Assembly: GCA_964016885.1 (NCBI GenBank)
Contig: OZ024742.1
Span: 9,176,001-9,240,000, forward strand
Length of the DNA: 64,000 nucleotides
Direction of reading: 5' to 3'
Source of the DNA: Eledone cirrhosa
Taxonomy: Eukaryota
Shown: positions 15,393-29,936 of the stretch, in pieces
Layout of the letters: each line of letters begins with the position of its first letter
Numbering within the stretch: position 1 is the first letter of the stretch
Program-made: the position numbers and the translations under genes
Notes under the pieces: model-generated
Seen by the model: only the letters and a program-made list of their open reading frames with translations
The model's database searches: none
What the model was told of the DNA's origin: nothing

Positions 15393-18300
15393 AGCGGCGG
15401 CTGCAGTGTGCACCCCTTCGAGAGCACCTTGTAATCTGTCCCGTTAGCACCCCTCAGCACGATGTCATCCGCGTAGGCCAGGTCCGTCACCATGACCCCC
15501 TCTCCCGACCTCTACGCCCGGGTAATTCCGGAGTGCTGTGTTGAGAGTGTAGTCAAGGGCGTAGTTTAAGGGAGTTGGTGTTAGCGTACACCCCTGCCGA
15601 ACACCGGTCCCAACATCGAACGACTCCGTCTCCCCACCATAGACCCTCACTCGAGCCCGAGTCGACAGGTAGTAGCCTTGTATGAGATGAAGCAGCTTCA
15701 CTGGCATACCGTCCGCCTGCATTTTATGCCATAGGGCTTCCCGATCTACCGAGTCGAAGGCAGCTGCAAAGTCGATGAAGCAGAGGACGGTAGGCTGTTG
15801 ATATGCCCACCGTTGTTACAGGACATGCCGGAGAATGAAGATTTGATCAACGCATCCCCTCCCCGGATGGAAGCCGCCCTGAGAAGGACGGGTACGGACA
15901 TCACGGATGGCCTGGAACCTCTTTAGCAGAAAAATTGCGAGGGTCTTGGCAGCAACGTCAATTAAACTGATACCCCTGTAGTTGGAACACAGTTTCCTGT
16001 CGCCCTTTTTGAAGAAGGGTAGGAGAGTTGCCTCGCTCCAGTCACCAGGGAACCGCTCCGTCACCCACACCGAGAAGAAGACTCGATGGAGCCAAGCTGC
16101 GAAGACATCAGGCATGGCCTTGTAGACCTCAGCTGGAACGCCATCCTCGCCCGGCGCCTTGTTGCTCCGGAGATGTGTCAGGACACCACGTACCTCCTCA
16201 ACCGTTGGAGGGGCAGTGCTGCATCCTTATTCTTCTCCGGAAAGCTGCACGTAGGTTGGCGTGGATGGTGGAGGGTGGTTGAGCAGCTCGGAGAAATGGT
16301 CCCGCCATCGAACTAGCCGGTCATTAAGATTGGTAATGACCGCCCCGTTCCGATCACGGATCGTCTCGCTGATACCCGTACTGCTTCGGCTGGCCCGCTT
16401 CACCAGTTGGTAGAGCTTGCGCTAGTCACCACAGGTTGCTGCCCTCTCTGTCTGCTCTGCAAACTCGCGCCAGTGTGCATTCTGATCGGCCCGAATATCC
16501 CGAGATGTGCGACGTCGGAGATCTCGAAGATTGGGTGCACCCTAGAGTCGGGCCACTCTCCCCCTCTCCTCGAGTTCAAGAGTGTCGTTGGAGATACAGT
16601 CCTGATGGCGTCTTCGGGTCGACCCGAGATGCTCCTTGGCCACCTCAACCGTCGCCGCCCTGAGCGCGCTCCACTCCTGCTCCGGTGGTTGTTCCACTTC
16701 GTTACTCAACATTTGGAATCGGTTTCGCAGCTCTAGCCGGAAAGCATTTCCAGCATCGAGCTTGAGCGCGAGATGTCGACCCTTTTCTGGCGGTTGGGAG
16801 GAGATTTCGCCCGCAGTCACAGACGAAGGGTTTCTCGAACAAGAGTATGGTCTGACCCATGCTCACTGCCCGTATCAGCCCCCCGATACGCACGCGAGTC
16901 CATCACTGAGCTGGCCCACCGAGATCTGACCAGGATGTAGTCAATCTGATTGGCCGTTCTTCCGTCATTGGCTTGCCACGTGACGAGGTGACGGCGAGGA
17001 TGTTGGAACCGGGTGTTGATGACGATAAGACGATTGGCATCCGCGAAGGACACGAGCCGTTCACCATTGTCACAGCGTACGCCTAGGGCAAAGCGTCCTT
17101 GAATATGCCATGCTGTATCATCAGCCGGCCCCGTCCGCGCATTCCAGTCCCCAGCGACAATAAGAACATCACTGGAGGGGACGCCATCCACGGTTGTTTG
17201 GAGATCGGCATAGAACTGCGTCTTGTCCGCCTCGTCCGCATTGAGTGTGGGAGCGTAGACGGCAATTACGCTGACGTTGGAGATTTGACCCTTCAATCGA
17301 ACCAGACGAGTCGGTGTGAGATCGGCTGCCACGCCAGCAGAGACGCTTGCGCGTCGGGGCCGAGCGCTACAGCGACCCCGTGAAGGCCACTGTTGTCAGT
17401 CACGCCACTATGGTAGGAGATGACCACGCCAGGAACTTTGATCGGAAGATGACCCACATCGGGAAGTCGAACTTCTGAAAGGCAAGCGACACTAATGCAG
17501 TACCTGTGCAGAGCCTTCATTGTAAGTGAAAGGACACCGTCGTCACGAAGTGTTCGGACGTTTCAGCACGCCACCCTCAATTCCTTCATTCGTCTGAAGA
17601 GCGGGACTACTGCGGGAGTAGTCTGTAGAGCCATAGCGGTAGGAGCGCTGTTGCTTTGCATTGCGTTCGTATTCATAGTTCGCATTTGTAGGATTCATGG
17701 AAGAAGTGTCATTTATATCCCGAACGAGGGGAACAAACGGGGTTGGTCTACGAATCAATGCCGCCAAGTCGAAGGTCATGACGTCACTGGTCTCGCCTGA
17801 TGCCTGGCAGCCAATATCTCTCGAGGGCGTGGAGCTGGGGGATGTGGAGTCCTTCGTTTACCTGGGCTCAACAGTGGTTCCAACGGGACAGGGCGCAGCC
17901 GAGGTCAAGCGTCGCATAGGTGCTGACAGATCCGCTTTTGGGCGCCTACACCGGTGTCTGTGGGACAGAAGAGAGATCACCTCGGCGACCAAAGGGCGAA
18001 TCTACCAGGCCGTCGTTCGAACTATGGCTGTGAAACATGGCCTATGAGTGTATTCGATAAACGAGGGCTGGAGGTCTTCGACAATGACTGTGTCCGCCGC
18101 ATTCTTCACTACCGACGCGTTGATCGGGTACCTACCACCAGTCTTCGTCTTCGCCTGAATCTTCGACCCCTTCCTTCAGTGCTTCTGCAACGGCGCTTGA
18201 GAAGGTTTGATCACGCGGCCCGGGGCCCTGAGGGTGAGCTGATCCGAGATGTTCTCCTGCCACCTACACTCCTTAACTGGGCAACGACGATCTAGGAGGA

Positions 18301-18492
18301 CCTCTCCGAAATCTTTGGTCCGCAGGTGGTCGGCCTGCGCCGATGGAACCGTGACTGGCTCGCTATCTCCAGTGACCTAGCCCGGGACCGTCGTACGTGG
18401 ACTGCCATGGTTCGGGATGCCGTCAGGACAAGTAAAGTAGCCGGCTCAACCCGTCCAGGGTGAATGTCGACACAAATACAAGTACAAGTAAG
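15393..18492. mobile_element. RTE-clade LINE (APE-RT) with a 5' inversion; pseudogenized
   Basis: Minus 15393-~17725: APE (ACWNVRT, CLSEVR, VYAPT, GDWNAR, NQIDYIL, GSDH) and RT (NYRGISL, GVRQGC, LAYADD). Plus ~17733-18492: GLRINAAKSK, FVYLGS, YGCETW, ending in a CAAGTA-repeat tail. Confidence 0.9.
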
Positions 18493-20364
18493 TATATACA
18501 TACACTGTTATATATATATACACTGATATATATATATACACTGCTACATACATACACTGCAATATACATACACTGCTATATAAATACACCGCTATATACA
18601 TACACTGCTATATACATACACTGCTATATACATACACTGCTATATACATACACTGCTATATACATACACTGCTATATACATACACTGCTATATATATACA
18701 CTACTATATACATACACTACTATATACATACACTGCTATATACATACACTGCTATATACATACACTGCTATATACATACACTGCTATATATATACACTGC
18801 TACATACATACACTGCTATATACATACACTGCTATATACATACACTGCTATATACATACACTGCTATATACATACACTGCTATATACATACACTACTATA
18901 TGCATACACTGCTATATACATACACTGCTATATACATACACTACTATATACATACGCTGCTATATACATACACTGCTATATACATACACTGCTATATACA
19001 TACACCGCTATATACATACACTACTATATACATACACTGCTATATACATACACTGCTATATACATACACTGCTATATACATACACTGCTATATACATACA
19101 CTGCTATATACATACACTGCTATATACATACACTACTATATACATACACCGCTATATACATACACTACTATATACATACACTGCTATATACATACACTGC
19201 TATATACATACACTGCTATATAAATACACTGCTATATACATACACCGCTATATACATACACTGCTATGTACATACACTGCTATATACATACACTGCTATA
19301 TATATACACACTGCTATATACATACACTGCAATATACATACACTGCTATATACATACACTGCTATATACATACACTGCTATATACATACGCTGCTATATA
19401 CATACACTGCTATATACATACACTGCAATATACATACTCTCCTATATACATACACTGCTATATACATACACTGCTATATACATACACTGCAATATACATA
19501 CACTGCTATATACATACACTGCTATATACATACACTGCTATATACATACACTGCTATATATATACACTGCTATATACATACACTGCTATATACATACACT
19601 GCAATATACATACACTGCAATATACATACACTGCTATATACATACACTGCTATATACATACACTGCTATATATATATACACTGTTATATACATACACTGC
19701 TATATACATACACTGCTATATACATACACTGCTATATACATACACTGCTATATACATACACTGCAATATACATACACTGCTATATACATACACTGCTATA
19801 TACATACACTGCTATATACATACACTGCTATATACATACACTGCTATATACATACACTGCTATATACATACACTGCTATATACATACACTGCTATATACA
19901 TACACTGCTATATACATACACTGCTATATACATACACTGCTATATATATACACTGCTATATACATACACTGCTACATACATACACTGCTATATACATACA
20001 CTGCTATATACATACACTGCTATATACATACACCGCTATATACATACACTGCTACATACATACACTGCTATATACATACACTGCTATATACATACACTGC
20101 TATATGCATACACTGCTATATACATACACTGCTATATACATACACTGCTACATACATACACTGCTATATACATACACCGCTATATACATACACTGCTACA
20201 TACATACACTGCTATATACATACACTGCTATATACATACACTGCTATATACATACACTGCTATATACATACACTGCTATATACATACACTGCTACATACA
20301 TACACTGCTATATACATACACTGCTATATACATACACTGCTATATACATACACTGCTACATACA

Positions 20365-20675
20365 TGGTGGCTGCCAACTCGTTTTCGAGTACGGCCACTA
20401 CTTTATATCCATGTAGGAGAACCCCTACCGATGCGCTGAACGAGTGTGACTTTTTAGTCCAGCCAGCGACTTGAAAACTCTGGTACAAACACTACACTTG
20501 TGACAATTATTGACACATAGTGCTGGGCCCATGGTACCATGTGACGGCAAGTGCAGAGAGATCTCCAGATATAAAGCAATGCCTGTGCCGTGAAGCTTTT
20601 ATAGTGAGCAAAGGCACTGCACAAAGCCAGTCCCACTCTCTTAACCAAGATGATATTTACCAAAAAGAAGAACAA
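20365..20675 (-). mobile_element. Non-autonomous RTE-related retroposon, copy 3
   Basis: Near-identical to 3426-3735. Confidence 0.7.
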
Positions 20676-21022
20676 TATACATACACTGCTACATACATAC
20701 ACTGCTATATACATACACTGCTATATACATACACTGCTACATACATACACTGCTATATACATACACTGCTATATACATACACTGCTATATACATACACTG
20801 CTATATACATACACTGCTATATACATACACTGCTATATACTCTCAGTAATATGACGGTCACAATCTATCTCACAACCAAACACACATATCTAATTGAGAG
20901 GTAGATAGATAAATATGAAATAGATACATAAACAAATAATTATGTATATATGTACACACACACACACATATATTTATGTATATACATATATATATACATA
21001 TGTATATATAGATAGATATACA

Positions 21023-21054
<32 letters not shown>

Positions 21055-21099
21055 GATAGATATACATATACATACATATATATTCATATATTTATATAT

Positions 21100-21144
<45 letters not shown>

Positions 21145-21181
21145 ACGAAGGAAATGTGGTAAGGAACCAGGTGGACCATAA

Positions 21182-21293
<112 letters not shown>

Positions 21294-21859
21294 TGCATAT
21301 ATATACACACACACACATATATGTATATATATATACATATACATACTTACATATAAACAGACATATATATATACATACATATATACAAACATACACAGTC
21401 CTAGACACGCAAACATAACTATTGAAACACGTATATATATATATTTACGTGTGTGTATGTGTGGAGTGAGTGTGTGTGTCTTTATGCGGGTGTGTGTATT
21501 CATGTGTGCAGTAGGTGTTTCGCCCTACATATTTCATGAGAAGAATGGTTAAGCTTTCAGTACATTTAATCAATATTATTCATCAGGAGTCCACTCTATT
21601 CAATTACTCTAAGGTCAAGTATTGATATTTGTCTGTCTGGACCATAAAGAGGGAACCTATACACTGCTCACCCTACATCTATATGCAATCTGTGTTAATA
21701 TCGATACCTAAACTATATATAATGCGGAATAAATATCTCACAAGCCCCAAAATACTGGAGTTCTTCAATATGCGAGTTGGTGTTCCTCTCTCAGGTCTGT
21801 TACAGAAGTTGTCTATATTTATTTTAACAATCTCAAGAGCAAGTTTTATTTACAGTAAC

Positions 21860-22005
21860 AATAATAATAATTGTTTCTACTTCTGGTCCAAGGCCAGCAA
21901 CAAACCAGTACATTACTGGTACTCTATTTTATCGACCTCGTAAGGATGAAAGGCAAAGTTAACTTCGGCGGGATTTGAACTTAGATCATAAATGGCCTTA
22001 ACTCT
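21860..22005 (-). mobile_element. tRNA-derived SINE, 5'-truncated
   Basis: Same body and (ATT)n tail as 24317-24510. Confidence 0.8.
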
Positions 22006-22014
22006 TTGCTGCAC

Positions 22015-22344
22015 CTTTGAAAGTATATACTTTCCTTATGCATATTAACGGCTGAGCAGCCTAGAAACTAGTTCATCGTTCCTTTGTCAGTGTTGAACAA
22101 AAGGGCAACGAAGGTTGCCGAACACTGTACGGCTTAATTCGGACTGTTTGTTTACAAACAAACCGAACATTATAATAAATGTTCGGTAAACCCATACGTA
22201 CATATATATATATATGTGTGTGCATGTATGTATATATATACATACTACTGTATGTCTGTATACATATATGTATGTACGTATACATACTTATATTTAAGTA
22301 TCAGCTGTACTAAGAGTGGGAAATGAAATTTCATTTGTTCTATT

Positions 22345-22347
<3 letters not shown>
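22015..22347 (+). mobile_element. Non-autonomous PLE-like repeat, same family as 60902-61645
   Basis: CTAGAAACTAGTTCATCGTTCCTTTGTCAGTGTTGAAC... is shared with 61418-61640. The first ~45 bp are inverted relative to 61318-61362. Confidence 0.7.
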
Positions 22348-22406
<59 letters not shown>

Positions 22407-22492
22407 CCACACACACATATATATATTTATATACACACGCACACACACACATATATATATATAGACACACACATATATATACACACACACAT

Positions 22493-22556
<64 letters not shown>

Positions 22557-22687
22557 TATATATATATATATATATATATATACAAACACATGTAGCATAT
22601 TGTTATAGTTGATTCTTCGAATATAATAGATATTTTTTTCTCCGAAGCACGAAGACTACCATTATTACGTCTGGCATGTCACACATA

Positions 22688-22816
22688 CGAGTGTGGGCTG
22701 AAAAGTCCATAGGCTCACTATAAAAGCATGATGCTAGAGATGTGAAATCTTGCCTGTTCTAATTAATAACTGCATTGTTTCTTTGCAGAGACTATGAACT
22801 TCTCAGCTGACCCTCG
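22688..22816. mobile_element. Mariner-type MITE, old
   Basis: Imperfect 25-bp TIRs (CGAGTGTGGGCTGAAAAGTCCATAG / CTATGAACTTCTCAGCTGACCCTCG), with TA on the left. Confidence 0.65.
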
Positions 22817-23475
22817 TTCAGCAAACTAGAATATCTATTCAACGTGGAAAACCAGTATGTATGTATGATATTATCCCGTAATCTCCGAGAGAGTCGTAGC
22901 TGCACCGTATTGACATACGCCGTTTCTTGGCTATTTTATTCCTGACGCGGCCCATCCCTCTCCAGTTTTGAGTACAGCAGATTTCTTCCAGAGAAAGACA
23001 GAAAATGAGAGAGAAGAAAATGAGGAAGAAACGACCCCTCTAGCCGACTGGTATATTTTTATCGACCCATAAAGTAGGAAATGCAAATTTGACTTGTGTA
23101 TGTTGTACGTTGTGTTTAAATTCGAAATATTTTTAAACCGAAGTATACATACATTCTTAACACACCAGATATACTGTTAAAGATGATTGCTTTTTGTGTT
23201 TCAATTTGACTGTGAAATGTGGTACCTACAGGCGATGTAATTATACCTGCACCACATGTTGTTTTCATTCTCCTGTTTTCTGGCCTTCTGAATATTAACG
23301 AGAATTCCTACGGAGTTTTTACTATTCTTTTATCGTGCATCTCGCTGTGTGTCTGTGTATGTGTGTAATTGAATGTGTGTCTGTGTATGTGTGTAATTGA
23401 ATGCGTGTAATTGGGCGCATGTGTGGACAACCATAGACTGACAAATATTTGAACACAATCAAGTATGTATGTACG

Positions 23476-23512
<37 letters not shown>

Positions 23513-23734
23513 GTATATATATGTATGTATGAAGTGATTCCGTAGATGTGTGTAGGTGTGACTCTGTCGGTGTATATGTCTGTGCAGTTGTTTCTATAGC
23601 TTATGTATTGTCAAAGTGATAGCTGCTTTATTCACATGGGTATTGCAGGATGAACGAAAATATTGGATTTTGGCAGGTGATAATTTTTACATATATAGAA
23701 CCAGATTTTAAGTATTTGAAATGTGTTCGATTAT

Positions 23735-23766
<32 letters not shown>

Positions 23767-24316
23767 TTATACGTATATCTATATATATATATGTGGGTAT
23801 ATATATATATGTATATATTTATATATCACCCTCCCAAAGTATAACAACCTATATATATATGTGTGTGTCTGTGTGTGAGAGTGTGTGTGCGTGTGTGTGT
23901 GGTGTGTATGTGTGTGTGTATCGTGAGTATGTGAGAAGGATGTGATTGTAAAGTCATTTTCGTATGTCTATTTCTTTGATGTCTGTAGATTTCACAGTTG
24001 TATAAAGAGTGCAAAATAAACGAAAATAATCTAATATACAAAAAAATATTCAGGAACTGACAAAGCTGAGTTGAGAAACTTGTCAAAACGAATACCAAAT
24101 ATTTACAATACATAGAGAAGCATACATATTATACTCCTCATCATATAGTTTATCTAAACCTCAATCTGTTTGTAGTTGCCAATAATTTACATAAAAAACT
24201 TCTCTCACGTATGTCAAGGTAGGAAATGTATTCACAAGAACGACCTAAGTACTGTGAAGCAGGGTTAGGAGGGAGATTTCAAGGCTATTTTTTACATCTT
24301 ATTATTATCATTAATT

Positions 24317-24510
24317 AAGGGCGGTGAATTGGCAGTATCGGTAGAGGGTTGGATGCCATGCTTTCTAGCATAGTTACGTCCCTTTACAGTCTGAGTTCAA
24401 ATCCCGCCGAAGTTAACTTTGCCTTTCATCCTTACGGGGTCGATAAAATAAAGTACCAGTAACGTACTGGGTAATTGCTGGCCTTGTGCCTAAAGTAGAA
24501 ACAATTATTA
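24317..24510 (+). mobile_element. Full-length tRNA-derived SINE with a 16-bp TSD
   Basis: A-box-like TGGCAGTATCGG and B-box GAGTTCAAATCC. TSD ATTATTATCATTAATT at 24301-24316 and 24504-24519. Confidence 0.88.
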
Positions 24511-24726
24511 TCATTAATTCCAGAAATCACTGCATGTTTAGGTAGTTTAGATTGTATATCTACTTAGAAAACTGAAGATCTGGAGGTGTTTAGACAGTTT
24601 TAGGATATGTGTCTTTTCTAGTTCAGTCGTAAAAGCGAATCACGCTTCACATGTGTTCCTAGGTTCGGAAGTATTAACATTTATTCTATGTTGTCAACGA
24701 GAACGATAAAGAAACCAATAAATATA

Positions 24727-24946
24727 ATGGTTTCTTGTATAGGCACAAGGTCAGAAATTCCGGGGGAGGGAAAAGTCGATTAAAATCGACCCCAGTGCGT
24801 GACTGGTACTTTATCTTATCGACCCCGTAAGGATGAAAGGCTAAGTTAACTTCGCCGGGATTTGAACCCAAATCATGAAGGGCCGTAACTCTATGCTGCT
24901 AAACATGGCGTCCGACCCTCTACCGATACTACCAATCCATCGCCCT
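24727..24946 (-). mobile_element. tRNA-derived SINE, longer variant with a GGGGTCGAT..ATCGAC hairpin
   Basis: Homologous to 24317-24510 and 11238-11443. Confidence 0.85.
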
Positions 24947-25399
24947 ACATATAATAACAGAATAAAACTAACATGACAAATATAAATACCAGTAAGAGGA
25001 CGTAATGTAAGTGTTCAAAAGAATGATGTCAAATATATAGCAAGAATGAAGTTCGAGCTTTCCTATCTAACATAGCTTTGTCACAGCAGTATCTAACGTG
25101 ATTCATCACAAGGAAGCAACGGTGGGTGTTTTGTTTTTCAAAAGACACAAAAAAAAACAAAAAAAAGAACTGTAGAGGAAATGATAGGGAAATGTTGTTA
25201 TCCACAGAGCTGGGACAAGGACTCTGGTAAAGGCATCACAGGACCCTAAAGGCGTGTTCAAGAGAATGGCGGTTAAGTCCACCAATAATATGTGTATTGT
25301 CCATACATGGACGATATGTCCCACAAACCAATTAGGTTGATCTAACATGAAAGAAGAATCCGTTCCAACAAAAGACTGCCTACTTTAAGATCGATCGAT

Positions 25400-25580
25400 T
25401 TTCGTCAAATCGGACCGAGGAAACAATGTTTCCGTTGGTATTTCCAGTTGCTAGTACTATCTATCGGTCGCAACTCCAGGTAGAAGGAGCAATGTGAAAT
25501 AAAGTAACTTGCTCAAGGAAATAACGCATCGCCCGGTCCAGGAATCGAACTCACAACATCAAGATTGTGAATCCAATTAC
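25400..25580 (-). mobile_element. Old tRNA-derived CORE-like SINE
   Basis: TGAAATAAAGTAACTTGCTCAAGG (CORE-like) followed by GGAATCGAACTC (reverse B-box). Confidence 0.55.
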
Positions 25581-26450
25581 AATGCCTACGTTAATGGAAG
25601 TCAAATTTACATGAAGTGATCTTCTTCACCACACACATACACACACACATACACACACATATCTACCTACATACACACACATACACACATGCTCTAGCTG
25701 TTCACAGAATATAAGACCAAACTTCATTTTAATATTTGATAATGTTAATATACCAATCAACACTGGTGATATTTGACAAAATTTAGACCCACTTAATCTA
25801 TCAATTATAAAATTATCCATTCTGTCGGATTACAGAAAAATAAACTAATTATAAGATACACCTCTGCGATTTTTAACTTTTACGTTTTACTATAACATTT
25901 CATTTGTATGGAACTGTACGTCCTTTAGAAGATTTAATATAAGTGAGGTTTGACGGTTGTCATTTCTAGCAGGTGAGTAACCACGTGGAATAATCTTAAT
26001 TTATATGTTGAGAAATCTCTACGGAGGGAATGTAAATCTTACACCCAAGTTCACATATGACAGTTCAAAAATTAGATCAGACAATTAGACATTGGATATA
26101 GTCAGAATTACGTCAGTTGTAAAATATTGAAAGTCTAGAGACAATCTTCATTTAAACAGATTGGCGAGTACAAATTAACAAATCAAAACTGAAAATTAAT
26201 TAACGAAATGAATTAAAACAAAAATAATGAATTGATGTTTTCATATTCTTTTCGCTATTGTGAATTAATTGTTATTTATAATAATTGCTTTTAAAATTAT
26301 TAAGAAGTTATCATAAACTCAATCGTATATACTTACTGGCACACCTAGTCAGACATACACCAACATATTATACATACACATACATATATATATACATACA
26401 CACATGCCTAAAAACATACCAACGAACCAAGCAGACGTATGTATGAATAC

Positions 26451-26483
<33 letters not shown>

Positions 26484-26484
26484 G

Positions 26485-26542
<58 letters not shown>

Positions 26543-26642
26543 TATGTATGTAAAAATATGTGTGTGCTTGTTTATGTCTGTGTGTGCGCACGCGTAATTG
26601 TGCGTAAGTGCCTGTGTGCCGCTTGGCATGTGTGCTAGTGTT

Positions 26643-26695
<53 letters not shown>

Positions 26696-26939
26696 GATTG
26701 TTAGTATTAATACAACAGCCTGACTTGAGTAAATTTACGTGCAGCAAAGATGGCAAGTATTTCTAGTTACAATGGTATAACAATGAGACTGACATCTAAA
26801 GACATTGAGACAGACAAAACAGTGCAAATGACGTGAACAAACAAATCTCACAGCAAAAAAAGAATCTTTTCTCTATTTACATACTTTGAACAATTTACAC
26901 AAAGAGGAAACATTGAAAAGTTTTCAAACCGATTCTGTG

Positions 26940-27042
<103 letters not shown>

Positions 27043-27073
27043 ATATATATATATGTATATATATATACACACG

Positions 27074-27155
<82 letters not shown>

Positions 27156-27286
27156 TGTGTGTGTGTATGTGTGTGTATGTGTCTGTGTATATATATGTGA
27201 GTACATTTTGATATATCTAAATACAGTCATTCACTGTTAGACACACACACATGTATATATATAAATATAAGTATATATGTATATAA

Positions 27287-27332
<46 letters not shown>

Positions 27333-27369
27333 GTGTGTGTGTGAGCATATATATACATATGTACATGCT

Positions 27370-27461
<92 letters not shown>

Positions 27462-27586
27462 TAGCGAGAGATATATTTATATCAGTTTAAGAACTTTATG
27501 TGCGTATGTGAGTGTGTGAGAGAGCTAGTGTGTGTGTGTGTGTGTGTGATGAGAGAGCTAGTGTGTGTGTGTGGGAAAGTGAGAAA

Positions 27587-27619
<33 letters not shown>

Positions 27620-27660
27620 ATAAAATTACACACAAATATACATTATATATATATATATCT

Positions 27661-27775
27661 GGTTCAAACTCCGCCAAAGTTAACTTTGCCTTTCATCCTT
27701 ACGGAGTCGATAAAATAAAGTACCAGTAATACACTGGTTAATTGCTGGCCTTGTGCTAAAAGTAGAAACAATTAT
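27661..27775 (+). mobile_element. 5'-truncated tRNA-derived SINE
   Basis: Matches 24395-24510. Confidence 0.8.
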
Positions 27776-27824
27776 ATATATATATATATCGCTCTCATAT
27801 ATATCCATATTTATTTGAGCGTGC

Positions 27825-28705
<881 letters not shown>

Positions 28706-29339
28706 CACAAACGTGTATATATATATTTATATAAATACAAACACACTCACACACACACACACGCCCATATATATATACATATATAATATGCGTGTGCATG
28801 CATGTGTTTGCATGTCTGGTGCTGTGTGTGGTTGCGTTGTTGTATGTGTGCGTGTGAAAATCAAAACGTTAAGCAAGGCAAAATGTTGAGTTGTCTGAAA
28901 ATATGGAAATCTGGCAAATTCCCAGGACAACAATTAAACGGGACAGACAATTCATTTATCGATCTTTCCAGAACAATTATCGGTCTAAACACAAAAAGAA
29001 CTAATGAGAAGTGTATTTGAAAACTTTCTCTAATTAATTGTTCTTGATTAATTCTAGTCGAAAATGTCTCCGAATGTGCTCACTGACCGCTGGCAGTTAT
29101 CAGACTCTGATTGGCCAATACCAATATTCATCGATGACTTGTATTCTAACGGTTATAGATTGATAAAGTAGCACACACTCAGATTTATACACACGCACAT
29201 ATATATATACATATATATACATACACACAGAAATGTAAACACATACACACACATCTCACTCATACACATACATATATGGAGAGAGAGATAGAGAGATAGA
29301 TAGCGAGATACAGACATATATATATATTCATTCATAGCG

Positions 29340-29393
<54 letters not shown>

Positions 29394-29469
29394 CAGATTA
29401 AAGTTTAAGCAAAGAATCGCTGCTTTCACCCTTAACGGGATCTTCTGAAACTATTATTATTATTATTAT

Positions 29470-29700
29470 TGTACTTTGAGTCTCAGTCATTGATGTTAGT
29501 TAACTGGAAAGTTTGTTGAAATGAATATCAAGCCACTACCTGCAGCCTCAGATATTCAGGACGTATCGGAGGGTTCTTGCTGTTCCCAGCAAGCATGCCT
29601 TTTGAAGTGTTCAAAATAGCGGGGCGGGACCAATTTTCTTTAACCTAGTGCGCCTATGACAATCGGGACCACTTGACGTCATGGCAGTTCCAAATCCTTT
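29470..29700 (-). mobile_element. R4/Dong-like element 3' fragment (copy 0), internally deleted
   Basis: Matches 35552-35810. (ATT)n on both sides. Confidence 0.85.
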
Positions 29701-29936
29701 ATTATTATTATTATTATTATTGGCGACCTACTTAGTAAATCGTATCATCGTGAGTTTCGCAAAGGTTTGTTATTTTCAATTGTTTAAAATTGCCATTTAT
29801 GGAAAAATTTTATTGTTAACTGTATATAAGTGCTCATACATTGATTTCTGAAAAGGACACTCAAAAATATTGGGGCCTTGAGCCCGAAATTTAAACTTTT
29901 TATAATTATCAAACAAATATTTTTCTTTGAAAAATC

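Larger units (their letters stand above)
13873..20840. repeat. 16-bp minisatellite (TATACATACACTGCTA)n, interrupted by three retro-insertions
   Basis: Homogeneous at 18493-20364 and 20676-20840. Degenerate, alternating with CATAG(C/T)TA units, at 13873-15392. Confidence 0.95.

Noticed and set aside
18460-20474. 659-aa and 402-aa YTAIYIHC-repeat ORFs
   Set aside because: Translations of the stop-free 16-bp minisatellite; no domain signal.
13873-20840. CRISPR-like array
   Set aside because: Tandem units without spacers, in eukaryotic context.
24317-24410. tRNA gene
   Set aside because: A/B boxes are present, but it is the head of a multi-copy SINE with a TSD and no cloverleaf.
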